Positions 10,386-20,249 of a stretch of DNA of 64,000 nt are shown here, piece by piece. A program made the translations under genes and the position numbers. This stretch comes from an uncultured Chloroflexia bacterium (GTDB taxonomy: Bacteria; Chloroflexota; Limnocylindria; QHBO01): positions 896,001-960,000 of the forward strand of contig CAWGTN010000002.1 in NCBI GenBank assembly GCA_963825525.1. Reading direction: 5' to 3'. Under the pieces are notes generated by a model. It searched no databases. It had not been told where the DNA came from and was given only the letters and a program-made list of their open reading frames with translations. The stretch's first letter is position 1; each line of letters begins with the position of its first letter.

Positions 10386-10651
10386 GAGGCCTCGTCAGGG
10401 AAGCCGGAAGGCGCCAGGAGGTCCATCGGGGTTGGCACGGCGACAGTCTGCTCTCCACGCGGTGGCCTCCGCCGTTGTGGTCCGGAGTGCCGGCAGAGGG
10501 TAGGGCGGACGGTCAGGCCGGTCAACATCGGCCCGGCGTGCCCGTGGCCCGGTGGCAAATCCGCCGCGCACGAATCACTCGTGAATGCACGATACTGGCG
10601 CGACTACTTCACGAGGACATCGAACTGGCCGTTGACCACCCACCGGGCGCG

Positions 10652-11491
10652 GTGCTTCACAACGCGCGGTCCGAACACATCACGGTCATCCAGGCCGGCC
10701 ACGGGCTCCGCGACTACTGGCGTGACCTGGTGGCGTATCGGGAGCTCTTCGTCTTTCTCGCCTGGCGTGACCTGGCGGTGCGATACAAGCAGACCGTCAT
10801 CGGCGTCGCCTGGAGCGTCATCCGCCCCGTGCTGACGATGGTGGTCTTCACGCTCGTCTTCGGCTCGATCGCGAATCTGCCGTCCGGCGGCGCGCCGTAT
10901 CCGGTCCTGGTCTTCGCCGCAATGCTGCCGTGGCAGTTCTTCTCGGCCGGCCTTGTCGAGAGCAGCGGAAGCCTCGTGGCCAACGCCAACATGATCACCA
11001 AGGTCTACTTCCCGCGGCTCGCGCTGCCTGTTGCGTCCCTGATCGTCGCCCTCGTGGACCTGCTGATCTCTCTCGTGATCCTGGGGATCATGATGGTCAT
11101 CTTCGGAGTCGCCCCCACCTGGCGGCTGCTGGCACTGCCCGGGCTGATCCTCATCGCCGGCCTTGCTGCCCTGGGCGCCGGGGTGTACCTCGCGGCGCTC
11201 AACGTCAAGTACCGTGACTTCCGCTACATCGTGCCGTTCATCGCGCAGCTCGGCCTGTACATCTCGCCGGTCGGCTTCTCCAGCGATGTCGTCCCGGAGG
11301 GGTGGAGGCTCATCTACTCGCTCAATCCGATGGTCGGTGTGATCGACGGGTTCCGGTGGGCGATCCTGGGTGGCGAGGCCCAGATCTTCCTGCCGGGCTT
11401 CCTGATCTCGCTTGCGGTCGTGGGGGTCCTGCTCATCGTCGGGCTGGGCTACTTCCGCGCGACCGAGCGCGGCTTCGCGGACGTCATCTGA
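10652..11491 (+). CDS. wzm: Polysaccharide ABC exporter permease
   Basis: RDLAVRYKQTVIGVAW, ITKVYFPR, LNVKYRDFRY, LNPMVGVIDGFR, six hydrophobic segments. Start approximate. Confidence 0.9.
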   Translation: MLHNARSEHITVIQAGHGLRDYWRDLVAYRELFVFLAWRDLAVRYKQTVIGVAWSVIRPVLTMVVFTLVFGSIANLPSGGAPYPVLVFAAMLPWQFFSAGLVESSGSLVANANMITKVYFPRLALPVASLIVALVDLLISLVILGIMMVIFGVAPTWRLLALPGLILIAGLAALGAGVYLAALNVKYRDFRYIVPFIAQLGLYISPVGFSSDVVPEGWRLIYSLNPMVGVIDGFRWAILGGEAQIFLPGFLISLAVVGVLLIVGLGYFRATERGFADVI

Positions 11492-11492
11492 G

Positions 11493-12767
11493 ATGGAGTC
11501 TCCCGCCATCCACGCCGAGAACCTCGGCAAGCAGTACACCATCTCGCACGGCGGGGAGCGCTATGTCGCGCTTCGCGACGTGCTCGCCGAGCGGGCTCGT
11601 GGCGTCGCCCGCACCCTGACCCGCCGACGGCCCGAGCGTGACACGAGCGGACGCGAGATCCTGTGGGCCCTGCGAGACGTTACGTTCGAGGTCGGCCAGG
11701 GGGAACGGCTCGGCATCATCGGACGAAACGGGGCCGGTAAGTCGACGCTTCTCAAGATCCTGTCGCGGATCACTCACCCGACGGAGGGCGAAGTCCGGCT
11801 GCGTGGGCGGGTGGCCAGCCTGCTCGAAGTCGGCACCGGCTTCCATCCCGAGTTGACCGGCCGCGAGAACGTGTACCTGAACGGGACGATCCTCGGGATC
11901 AGCAAGCGCGAGATTGATTCGCGATTCAACGAGATCGTCGAGTTCGCCGAGGTCGAGCGATTCCTCGACACGCCGGTGAAGCGCTACTCGAGCGGCATGT
12001 ACGTCCGCCTCGCGTTCGCCGTTGCCGCTCACCTCGAGCCGGAGATCCTGCTGGTGGACGAGGTCCTTGCCGTCGGCGACGCCGCATTCCAACGCAAGTG
12101 CCTGGGCAAGATGTCCGAGGTTGCCAAGGGCGGGCGCACCGTCATCCTGGTGAGCCACAACATGGTCGCAATCGAGGAATTGTCGACGACGGTGATGTGG
12201 GTGGACGGCGGACGCATCCATCGCATGGGGTCGCCGCGCGAGGTCACCAGCGAGTATGCCGAGGCATCCTCCGGGCAGACCGCGGGTGAGATCAACGCGC
12301 GCTCGGTGACCGGCGACGGGACGGTCGAGCTGCTCTCCTATCGGGTGCTCAATGCCGAAGGGCAGGAGCGTCCCCTGCCCCGTACCGGCGAGGACATTCG
12401 CCTGCGGCTGACGCTGCGTCTGGAGAAGCCACTTCGATACGTGGCCTGCGGACTGTCGATCTGGAACGAGCGGGGCGTGCTGATGACCAGCATCAACTCG
12501 GTCCAGCAGGGTCTCGAGCTCGGACCATGGCCGGCAGGCGAGCAGGAGCTGGAGGTCACGCTCCGCAACGTCGCATTCCTGGCCGGCCGATATCGCGTCG
12601 ACTTCTGGGTAATGAGCCCGCAGTCCTACATCTACGCCCAGGCGGATGGGGCCATCGAGTTCGAGATTGCCCAGAGCGCGATCTTCGGTTCGACGTCCCA
12701 GGTCGGCCCGGGCTGGGGCGCCGTGTATACCGAAGTCGCCTACTCGGAGCCGACGCCGATCGGCTGA
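11493..12767 (+). CDS. wzt: Polysaccharide ABC exporter ATPase with C-terminal Wzt_C domain
   Basis: GRNGAGKST, YSSGMYVRLAF, DEVLAVGD and a ~150-aa C-terminal beta domain. Confidence 0.93.
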   Translation: MESPAIHAENLGKQYTISHGGERYVALRDVLAERARGVARTLTRRRPERDTSGREILWALRDVTFEVGQGERLGIIGRNGAGKSTLLKILSRITHPTEGEVRLRGRVASLLEVGTGFHPELTGRENVYLNGTILGISKREIDSRFNEIVEFAEVERFLDTPVKRYSSGMYVRLAFAVAAHLEPEILLVDEVLAVGDAAFQRKCLGKMSEVAKGGRTVILVSHNMVAIEELSTTVMWVDGGRIHRMGSPREVTSEYAEASSGQTAGEINARSVTGDGTVELLSYRVLNAEGQERPLPRTGEDIRLRLTLRLEKPLRYVACGLSIWNERGVLMTSINSVQQGLELGPWPAGEQELEVTLRNVAFLAGRYRVDFWVMSPQSYIYAQADGAIEFEIAQSAIFGSTSQVGPGWGAVYTEVAYSEPTPIG

Positions 12768-13942
12768 GGCACGCGCCGCGTGCCCAGGGCAACCGCCAGC
12801 ACGACGGCGATCAAGGCCAGCTGGCTCACGAGGATCCGCTCCGGCTCGATCGGATACGCCAACCACTGCGCTCCCGCGGCGACCAGAGCAAGCACCAGGA
12901 TTCCGGACATCAGGTTGCGCTCCGGCCCGCCGACCCTGGCCAGGGCAAGCGCGCCGGCCGAGGCGATGAAGAGGAACAGCAGCGCGGACCCGTATTGGAA
13001 TGCCAGGAGCTCATGGACGTACTGGCGGGGATAGTCGAGCAAGGTCAACGGCGAGGTGAAGTCGGCGGGATATGCGAGATATTCGACCAGCGCGTGATAG
13101 AACAGGGTCGGGAACGAGTAATAGCCCGCCCACCACGTGAGCCCGCCGTAGATCGCAAGCGCCGCACCCGCCGCCCCCGCCGCGACCCAGCGAGGCGGTC
13201 GCCAGGTCGACGGGACCCAGAAAGCAACGTACGCGGCGAGCAGGATCACCCAGACCGCATTGTTCGGACGCACGAAGATCGAGAGGATCGCAACGGTCAG
13301 GGCGATACCCGCCCGCCGCCGTTCGACCAGGAGATAAGCACTCGCCACGATCGTCAGCAGCGACAACGAGTCGGGCGTGGACAGGCGCGCGAGGATCGAG
13401 AACGGCGGGCTCAGGACGAGGAGCGTCGCGAGTCCGTAGGCCAGCAGGGGAGGGTGGTGGCGCCGCAGCCACGCAGCGAGCAGCAGCGCGAACGCCACGT
13501 AGGCCGCCGATGCGATGAGGACCGACGCATCGAACGGATCGATGCCCAGGAGCGAGACCCCGGCGATGAGAAGCGGGTAGGCGGGCTTCACGAGGTAGAA
13601 CGGCAGCTGCTGGATGAAGGCCCGCGGATCTTTCGCCGTCGCCTCGAGGAAGGGCAGGCTGGTTGTGGCTTCCGAACTCGTGCCGGTGAGCGCCTCGACA
13701 TCCGAGGCCGGAACAGAACGGCGAAGGAGCCGATACACCTCGGCGTGCAGCTCATTGGCGTCGTTGACTTCGATCGAGCGAGCGATGCCGACGTACGCCA
13801 GCATGTCCCAATTGTTCACGGGCCGAATCTGCGCGTAGGCCACCAGGATGAGGAGCATGAGCAGGTACGCGACCGCGGCGATGCGGCGGACGTTCGGCGT
13901 GTCACGGCCCCACCACCTGGAATGTGCCGTGTGCTGCTCCAT
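12740..13942 (-). CDS. Polytopic membrane protein, possibly a GT-C-fold transferase
   Basis: About 10 hydrophobic segments, with NWDMLAY in the first loop, KPAYP, TPDSL and RPNN. Confidence 0.55.
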   Translation of the reverse strand: MEQHTAHSRWWGRDTPNVRRIAAVAYLLMLLILVAYAQIRPVNNWDMLAYVGIARSIEVNDANELHAEVYRLLRRSVPASDVEALTGTSSEATTSLPFLEATAKDPRAFIQQLPFYLVKPAYPLLIAGVSLLGIDPFDASVLIASAAYVAFALLLAAWLRRHHPPLLAYGLATLLVLSPPFSILARLSTPDSLSLLTIVASAYLLVERRRAGIALTVAILSIFVRPNNAVWVILLAAYVAFWVPSTWRPPRWVAAGAAGAALAIYGGLTWWAGYYSFPTLFYHALVEYLAYPADFTSPLTLLDYPRQYVHELLAFQYGSALLFLFIASAGALALARVGGPERNLMSGILVLALVAAGAQWLAYPIEPERILVSQLALIAVVLAVALGTRRVPQPIGVGSE

Positions 13943-13987
13943 CAGGTCAGGATACGAAATGCGGCGCTCCGAGTGCGCAGCGCGAGC

Positions 13988-16900
13988 TTACGGGCCGCAG
14001 GCCAGGCGTGCATCGGCCCAGTCGGCGTGGTCATACGAGGCGCCGTTGGTCGAGACGTCGACCACCAGGCGCAGCTCGCTGCCGGCGCTGACGGCCAGGT
14101 CGAGCGGGACGGTGGCGCTGGCGCCGGTGAGCGTCGCCGAGGTGTAGACGGTGGCCCCGCCCACGAGGACACGGAACACGACGGAGCCGTTCGAGCCGAC
14201 CTCGTCATCGAGGCCGATGTGCGCCAGGAAGCGGGTGCAGCCGGTGGGCACCGTGTATCGAAGGTCGCTCGCGGCATGGACTCCCAGGCCCTTGGCGTAG
14301 GTGGTTCCGTTGAGCATGAGGCCCACCCCGTCGCCGGCAGCCTGCTCGCCATTGCTCATGTCGCGCTCATACGGTCCCCAGCCGTTGGTGGCGCTGGTGG
14401 GTGTCAGCGACGACAGGTAGGTGGTCCCGGTCGGCGGTGGGGTGGTGGTGTACGTCGCGGTATAGGTCGCGGCCGTCGCCGGTGCGACGATATTGTGCGT
14501 CGCCGCGCCGCTATCGGACCAGGTACTGAAGGTATGCGTTCCGGCGCCCGACGTCTGCGGAGTGGGAGCACTGATCGAGTTGCTCGAGCCCACGATGACC
14601 GTTCGGTTGAATGGCGCGGTCGCCGTCGCGCCGTTCACGACGAGCTGCAGGCCAGCCGGCGACGTGGCAAAGCCGAGCGTCACGGTCTTCGGGTTCAGGA
14701 GCACGGACGTCGAAGTCGTCGCGCCAGCCGAATCCTGGGCCGTCAGCCGCAGCTCGAGGTGCGACGGATACTCGTGATCCGGAGCGGAGAATGATCCACC
14801 CGCGACCCCGGGATAGGTCTGAATCGAATGAGGATGGCAATTCGATGGGCAGTGCTGGATGAGCAGCTCCCACGTGAGGCGCGACGCAGCCAACGTTCCG
14901 TCCTCGGGGTCGGTGGCGGAGCCGGAGAACGTGATGTTCTGCCCGACCGACCAGGTGACGGAGCTCGCCGGACCGGCGATCACCGGAGTCGGAGGCTGGT
15001 TCGCGCCCCCACCGGCGCAGGCCAGGCGTGCATCGGCCCAGTCGGCGTGGTCATACGAGGCGCCGTTGGTCGAGACGTCGACCACCAGGCGCAGCTCGCT
15101 GCCGGCGCTGACGGCCAGGTCGAGCGGGACGGTGGCGCTGGCGCCGGTGAGCGTCGCCGAGGTGTAGACGGTGGCCCCGCCCACGAGGACACGGAACACG
15201 ACGGAGCCGTTCGAGCCGACCTCGTCATCGAGGCCGATGTGCGCCAGGAAGCGGGTGCAGCCGGTGGGCACCGTGTATCGAAGGTCGCTCGCGGCATGGA
15301 CTCCCAGGCCCTTGGCGTAGGTGGTTCCGTTGAGCATGAGGCCCACCCCGTCGCCGGCAGCCTGCTCGCCATTGCTCATGTCGCGCTCATACGGTCCCCA
15401 GCCGTTGGTGGCGCTGGTGGGTGTCAGCGACGACAGGTAGGTGGTCCCGGTCGGCGGTGGAGTGGTGGTGGCGACCGTGAAGCTCCACACGACATCCGCA
15501 GCCATCGGGTTGCCCGCCACGTCCGTCACGCCCGCCGAGCCGCCCTTGACCGTCGCGGTATAGGTCGCGGCCGCCTGGAGCGCCTGCGTCGGGGTAAATG
15601 ACGCGACCCGCGTTGCACCGTCGTACGTCACCGTGCCCGTCACCGGAGTCGATGCGCCCTGCCGCAGGGTGAAGCTCGAGGTAGAGATCGATGAGCTCAA
15701 CATCGGCTCGCTGAACGTCGCGCGGACCACGGTGGCGGCCGCGACGCCGGTCGCCCCGGCGGTCGGTACCGTCTGCGACACCACCGGCGGCGTGGAGTCG
15801 GTTCCGCAGGTGAACCGTGCATTCGCCCAATCGCCGTGGTCGTACGACAGGCCGCCCGCCCCCTCGCCCACCACGAGTCGGAGCTCGACTCCGGGTGTGA
15901 CCGGGATGCTCAACGGTATCGTCGCGCTCGCTCCGGTCAGAGCCGGGGATGTATAGACGGAGGTCCCGCCCACGTACACCGTGAAGGTTGCCGAGCCGAA
16001 GGACCCGACTTCGTCGTCGAGACCGATGTCGGCGACGAACGTCGTGCAGGTCGACGGGACCGTGTAACGCAGGTCGCTGACCGCGTGCACGCCCAGGCCC
16101 TTGGAGTACGAAACTCCGGCCAGGGTCATGATGTTTCCGTCGCCGGCAGCCGCTTCGCCGTTGCTGCGATCGCGTTCGTACGGACCCCAGCCATTGGTGG
16201 CGCTCGTCGGTTGCAGGTCGGAGAGAAAGACGCCCGAAGGGGGCGGCGGGACGTTGGCCGTGATGCGCCTGATCGTGCCGCCATCGAAGTCGACGTAGAA
16301 GAGGTCGCCGCCTGGCCCGATCTCGAGGTTCACCGGATTGGCGGCCTGCGCGACGAACGTCGCTCGCTGCGCCGGATCGGGAAGGCCATTACTGCCCTTC
16401 GACATGAACCAGATGCAATCGCGCGAATAGTCGGAGAAGAAGAGGCCGTCGTTGTAGCTGGCCGGGTAGCTGCCGCCCTGGTAGAACGCGATGCCGGAGA
16501 TCGACGAGCTACCTGTGGAACACGACTCGCCCGACACGACCTTGTCTGAGTGGTGATACGCGTAGTACGGGGCAACGACGGCCCCGGCGCCGGCCGTGTA
16601 GAGCGATTCGCAGAGGTTCAGGTTCGCCGAGTCGTATCCGCTCTGGCGTGGGGTGCCCTCGTAACACGGCCAGCCGAAGTTGGCGACCGTCGGCGCCACC
16701 GGCGAGACGATGCGGTTGATCTCTTCGTACGTTCCCCATCCCACATCGGCAATCCACAGCTCGTTGGTCCCGGGACGGAACCCGAAACGGAAGGGATTCC
16801 TGAGGCCGTGTGCCACGATCCGTCGATTGTTGGCATCCGAGCTGCTCGCCAGTGGGTTGGTCGAAAGGCCGAGCCCCGTCTGCTTGTCGATGCGGATGAC

Positions 16901-17689
16901 CGAACCGTCGAGCGTCGTCGGATCCGCACTCGAGCGCAGATCCTGGGAGCGCAGGGCGCCGCCCTCCGCCGTGGGCGGTGTCAGCGTGGCACCGACCCCT
17001 CCGGGCGGATCGCCGCACGGATTGAGCGGATTCCCATCCTGGCCGTAATCGGCGAAGTCGAACGATGCCCCGTCGCCGGCGCTCGCGTAGAGGGCGCCAT
17101 CCGCGCCGAACTGCAGTGAGCCGACTGAGTGGCTCGGGTACTGCTGGCACCAGTCGTCGATGAGCACCTGTTCCGGTCCCGCGGAGTTCCCCGTCGCCGT
17201 GAGTCGAGACAGCCGCCCGCTGATGACGCAACCGTCCGACGTCGGACCTGGCGGCGTGGGACATGGATCGGAGGTGGTGCCGGCCGTCCCCCAGCGTGGC
17301 GCCGTTCCAGCGACAGGGGCATCCCGCGCATAGAGCACGTAGGCATCGGGGGTCGCCGGGAAGTTCGGATCCAGCACGAAACCCAACAGACCCCGGTCCC
17401 AGTAGTTGTGGACCTGGGTACGAAGATCGGCAAAGACGGTGGCCGTGGTGTCATTGAGGTCGTCGAAGACCTTGATCAGGCCGCTCTTCTCCGCCACGAA
17501 TATCCGGCCGTCGGGGCTGAATCGCACGACCGTCGGATTCGTGAGCCCACTGAAGGCCGTGGACTCGGTGAATCCCGGGGGAAGTGTGGCAGCATGAGCT
17601 GTCTGCCCAGGGAGGACCGGGAGGAGGGACGCAAGCAAGGCCGCAACCGCAGCCAGAACCCCCAGCCGACGGTGCTTCGGTGACGCCAT
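13988..17689 (-). CDS. Secreted PQQ-dependent glucose/sorbosone dehydrogenase-like protein with three NPCBM/NEW2 modules and Ig-like domains (1233 aa)
   Basis: Signal peptide after MASPKHRR, DRGLLG, FGADGALYASAGDG, GLRNPFRF, NFGWPCYEG. Three LSxLxPTSATNGWGPYERD...KGLGVHA...DHxDWAxAR modules. Confidence 0.88.
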   Translation of the reverse strand: MASPKHRRLGVLAAVAALLASLLPVLPGQTAHAATLPPGFTESTAFSGLTNPTVVRFSPDGRIFVAEKSGLIKVFDDLNDTTATVFADLRTQVHNYWDRGLLGFVLDPNFPATPDAYVLYARDAPVAGTAPRWGTAGTTSDPCPTPPGPTSDGCVISGRLSRLTATGNSAGPEQVLIDDWCQQYPSHSVGSLQFGADGALYASAGDGASFDFADYGQDGNPLNPCGDPPGGVGATLTPPTAEGGALRSQDLRSSADPTTLDGSVIRIDKQTGLGLSTNPLASSSDANNRRIVAHGLRNPFRFGFRPGTNELWIADVGWGTYEEINRIVSPVAPTVANFGWPCYEGTPRQSGYDSANLNLCESLYTAGAGAVVAPYYAYHHSDKVVSGESCSTGSSSISGIAFYQGGSYPASYNDGLFFSDYSRDCIWFMSKGSNGLPDPAQRATFVAQAANPVNLEIGPGGDLFYVDFDGGTIRRITANVPPPPSGVFLSDLQPTSATNGWGPYERDRSNGEAAAGDGNIMTLAGVSYSKGLGVHAVSDLRYTVPSTCTTFVADIGLDDEVGSFGSATFTVYVGGTSVYTSPALTGASATIPLSIPVTPGVELRLVVGEGAGGLSYDHGDWANARFTCGTDSTPPVVSQTVPTAGATGVAAATVVRATFSEPMLSSSISTSSFTLRQGASTPVTGTVTYDGATRVASFTPTQALQAAATYTATVKGGSAGVTDVAGNPMAADVVWSFTVATTTPPPTGTTYLSSLTPTSATNGWGPYERDMSNGEQAAGDGVGLMLNGTTYAKGLGVHAASDLRYTVPTGCTRFLAHIGLDDEVGSNGSVVFRVLVGGATVYTSATLTGASATVPLDLAVSAGSELRLVVDVSTNGASYDHADWADARLACAGGGANQPPTPVIAGPASSVTWSVGQNITFSGSATDPEDGTLAASRLTWELLIQHCPSNCHPHSIQTYPGVAGGSFSAPDHEYPSHLELRLTAQDSAGATTSTSVLLNPKTVTLGFATSPAGLQLVVNGATATAPFNRTVIVGSSNSISAPTPQTSGAGTHTFSTWSDSGAATHNIVAPATAATYTATYTTTPPPTGTTYLSSLTPTSATNGWGPYERDMSNGEQAAGDGVGLMLNGTTYAKGLGVHAASDLRYTVPTGCTRFLAHIGLDDEVGSNGSVVFRVLVGGATVYTSATLTGASATVPLDLAVSAGSELRLVVDVSTNGASYDHADWADARLACGP
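13996..15460. repeat. Exact 445-bp direct repeat (13996-14440 = 15016-15460) encoding two identical NPCBM modules
   Basis: Line-by-line identity at offset 1020. The first mismatch is at 14441/15461. Confidence 0.95.
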
Positions 17690-17863
17690 TGGGAAGACTC
17701 CCCCATCTCGGCACGGCGCAGCCCCTCCGAGGATCGAACGGGGCACGCTGATGGTCGGACAGTAGGACCATCGTCCTATACCGGTCAAGGAGAATCGGTG
17801 GCGTCGCGGTGCTGGCAAGCACCGCATCCGACCCGGTCGGCGCACCAGTGGCACAATTCGGCC

Positions 17864-18247
17864 GTGAACACGACCACGAATCGAGCCGCTCTCAGTGGCC
17901 TCGCCGCGCTCGCCGCGGTTGGGATCAGCGTGGGACTGCTCCTGGCGTCCACCGTGCCGAACCTCGTGTTCTCCGACAACCTCATCATCGACACGGTCGT
18001 TCGAAAGATCGGGCATTTCGTGGCGTTCGGCGTGTTCGCGGTGGCCGGCTGCATCGGGCTCCACCACCTGCTGCCGGTCGGCCGCGCAGCCCGGCTGGTG
18101 GTGCTGGTTGCGATCGCGATCGCACTCGCCGATGAGCTGACGCAGACCCGGGTCGTCGGTCGCCTGGCCTCTCCGATCGACGTCGGGATCGACGTCGCCG
18201 GGGCCGTGACCGGGGCGTTTCTCTATCGCCGTCGCGTAGAGGGCTGA
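17864..18247 (+). CDS. VanZ-family membrane protein
   Basis: RKIGHFVAFG, DELTQ, GRLASPIDVGID. CACAAT lies 6 nt before the GTG. Confidence 0.8.
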   Translation: MNTTTNRAALSGLAALAAVGISVGLLLASTVPNLVFSDNLIIDTVVRKIGHFVAFGVFAVAGCIGLHHLLPVGRAARLVVLVAIAIALADELTQTRVVGRLASPIDVGIDVAGAVTGAFLYRRRVEG

Positions 18248-18567
18248 TCGGCCAGGAGCGTGTCCAGCTTCCTGATGAGGGCGCTGCGCGCGAGCATCGG
18301 CCCGAGACCGGCCGCCTTCGCTGCGGCATGGGCGTCCAGGTCGACATGGGGTCCGAAAACGATCAGACGAGCTCCGCCGTCCCGAAGGCCGGCCAGGCGC
18401 GGGGCCCATCCGTCCGCCCGCTCGGACCAGTCGACGAGGAGGAGGTCGGTGCCCGATGGAACCCGAGAGGGGTCATCGACGCGCACGATCGAGGCGCCCG
18501 CACGGACCGCCGCATCATCGAGCCGGCTGAAGAGCATGAGGTCGCGCATGACCGCGGCGACCTTCAT
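18223..18567 (-). CDS. Small receiver-like (degenerate CheY-fold) protein
   Basis: DLMLFSRL, DLLLVDW, LIVFGPHVD pattern. ATGA overlap with the upstream gene. Confidence 0.55.
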   Translation of the reverse strand: MKVAAVMRDLMLFSRLDDAAVRAGASIVRVDDPSRVPSGTDLLLVDWSERADGWAPRLAGLRDGGARLIVFGPHVDLDAHAAAKAAGLGPMLARSALIRKLDTLLADQPSTRRR

Positions 18568-18950
18568 TCGGCGGGCCCGGGGCTCGGGGCGTGGTCAGGC
18601 GCGGGTTGATGATCGGGGGTGAGGTGCGCTGCAGGCCCACCGGGCGCACCATTGGTCGCCTGTTCGATGACGAAGCGCGCCACGCGCATCGGGTAGAGGC
18701 CCACCACCACAGGTGCCCGAACCTCGACCGACAGCTCCACGCCGACCTCGTCGCGCTGCCACAGGTCCTGGATCTTCGTCGCCTCACGCTCGGGCAGGCC
18801 GATGTACGCCGTCGTCCCGTTGCGCCGGAGGGCGCTCATCGCATCGGGCTCAAGGCCGAATCGGCGCCGGATGTCGGCGACGGCGATGTACGGCCGGGAG
18901 GTCAGATATCGGCGGAGGCTCGAGGTGCTCGGCCGTTTGCTGGCAGACAT
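18564..18950 (-). CDS. Hypothetical protein (128 aa), possible N-terminal winged helix
   Basis: Protein-like C-terminal part of ORF 18564..19919, starting at MSASKRPS. TAGACT lies upstream at 18964-18969. Confidence 0.6.
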   Translation of the reverse strand: MSASKRPSTSSLRRYLTSRPYIAVADIRRRFGLEPDAMSALRRNGTTAYIGLPEREATKIQDLWQRDEVGVELSVEVRAPVVVGLYPMRVARFVIEQATNGAPGGPAAHLTPDHQPAPDHAPSPGPAE

Positions 18951-18988
18951 GGGCTGTGTCGCCAGTCTACCGTCGCTGCGAAAACGCG

Positions 18989-19919
18989 TCAGGAACGCTC
19001 GCCGAAGACGCTGCGCAGCACGAAGAGGACATTGGCCGGTCGCTCGGCCAGCCGCCGCATGAAGTACGGATACCACTCGGTCCCGAACGGAACGTAGATC
19101 CGAAGCCGATAGCCTCGTTCGATGAGCTGCCGCTGAAGGTCGCGCCGCACGCCGTACAGCATCTGGAACTCGAATCGATCGAGGCCGATGCCGCGCTCTC
19201 GGACAAAGGCCGCGACCCGATCGATCATCTCCGGGTCGTGGGTTGCGACCGCCGGGTAGGCATCGGCGCGCAGCAGCTCCTCGCACAGCGAGACAAAGGC
19301 GTCTCCGACCGCGACGCGGTCCTGGTGCGCGATCTCGGGCGGCTCGGCGTAGGCGCCCTTGCAGATCCGGACCCGCACCCCGTCCGCTGCCAGGCGCTCG
19401 ACGTCGCCGGGTGAGCGACGGAGATAGGACTGGATCACCGGACCGACGTCGTGACCGGCAGACCGCAGCCTGGCGACGACCTCGAGGGTTCGATCCGTGT
19501 ATGCCGACCCCTCCATGTCGATCCGGATGAAGGTGCCCACCCGCTTGCCGGCCGCGACCACCGGTGCGAGGACCGTCGACGCACTCGTCAACGCCCAGGT
19601 CGAGCCCCATCTGCGTCAGCTTGATGCTGACGTTGGCATCGAGACCTTCCTGCCCGATGCGTTCGATGGCCGCAACGTACGCCCCCGCGGCCCGATCCGC
19701 CGACGCCCGCCCGTCGACCGATTCCCCCAGGACATCGAGCGTGGCGCTGGCCCCTGATCGGTTGAGCGCTCGGACGGCCCCGATTGCCTGGTCCAGCGTG
19801 GTGCCCGCCACGAACCGCAGCGGCATGCGTCGCAGCAGCGGTGTTCCCAGAGCGATGCGAGCCATCCAGCGCCGGTTGCTGAGCCACAGGAAGAAGGCGC
19901 GGAGCGCGGAGGCGAACAC
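18989..19919 (-). CDS. Monofunctional proline dehydrogenase (frameshift near 19590)
   Basis: RFVAG, LDVLGE, SIKLTQMGL in one frame. RIDME, RICKGAY, ATHD, EFQMLYG, YFMRRLAERPAN in the next frame. Confidence 0.88.
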
Positions 19920-19975
19920 GGCCGCAGTCTACCGGCCGAACGACACGGGCCGTGTCCGCGAGAGCGCCCGTGGCC

Positions 19976-20245
19976 TCAGCTGGTGAGGAAGAACGCGACG
20001 AGCGCCACGGCCCCGATCACGCCGAGCGCCGCGCCCACCAGGACACGGCGCCGTTCCTCGCCCGTCATTCCCTCGCGAATCGGCGATGAACGGCCGCGAA
20101 CGGCGCGACCGCGCCACGCGAGATAGCGTTCGGCGTTGAGGTCACGCGCGTCCCGGGCCTGTGAGGCGCGCCAGGCGGGCCATCCCACGAGGAATCCAGC
20201 CGCACCGGCCACGAGCGCCACGAGCAACAGGACCAGCGGGAGCAT
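19976..20245 (-). CDS. Small two-TM membrane protein
   Basis: MLPLVLLLVALV... with two hydrophobic segments. Starts 4 nt after the upstream stop. Confidence 0.6.
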   Translation of the reverse strand: MLPLVLLLVALVAGAAGFLVGWPAWRASQARDARDLNAERYLAWRGRAVRGRSSPIREGMTGEERRRVLVGAALGVIGAVALVAFFLTS

Positions 20246-20249
20246 CAGC

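Noticed and set aside
12527-14794. Long shadow ORFs (e.g. 12527..14794 +, 55473..57962 +, 27056..28675 +)
   Set aside because: They are antisense or out of frame to well-supported genes, Arg/Gly-rich and motif-free, as expected in high-GC DNA.
17690-18409. 240-aa N-terminal extension of the 1473-aa ORF
   Set aside because: It overlaps the VanZ and receiver-like genes. The signal peptide begins at ATG 17689.
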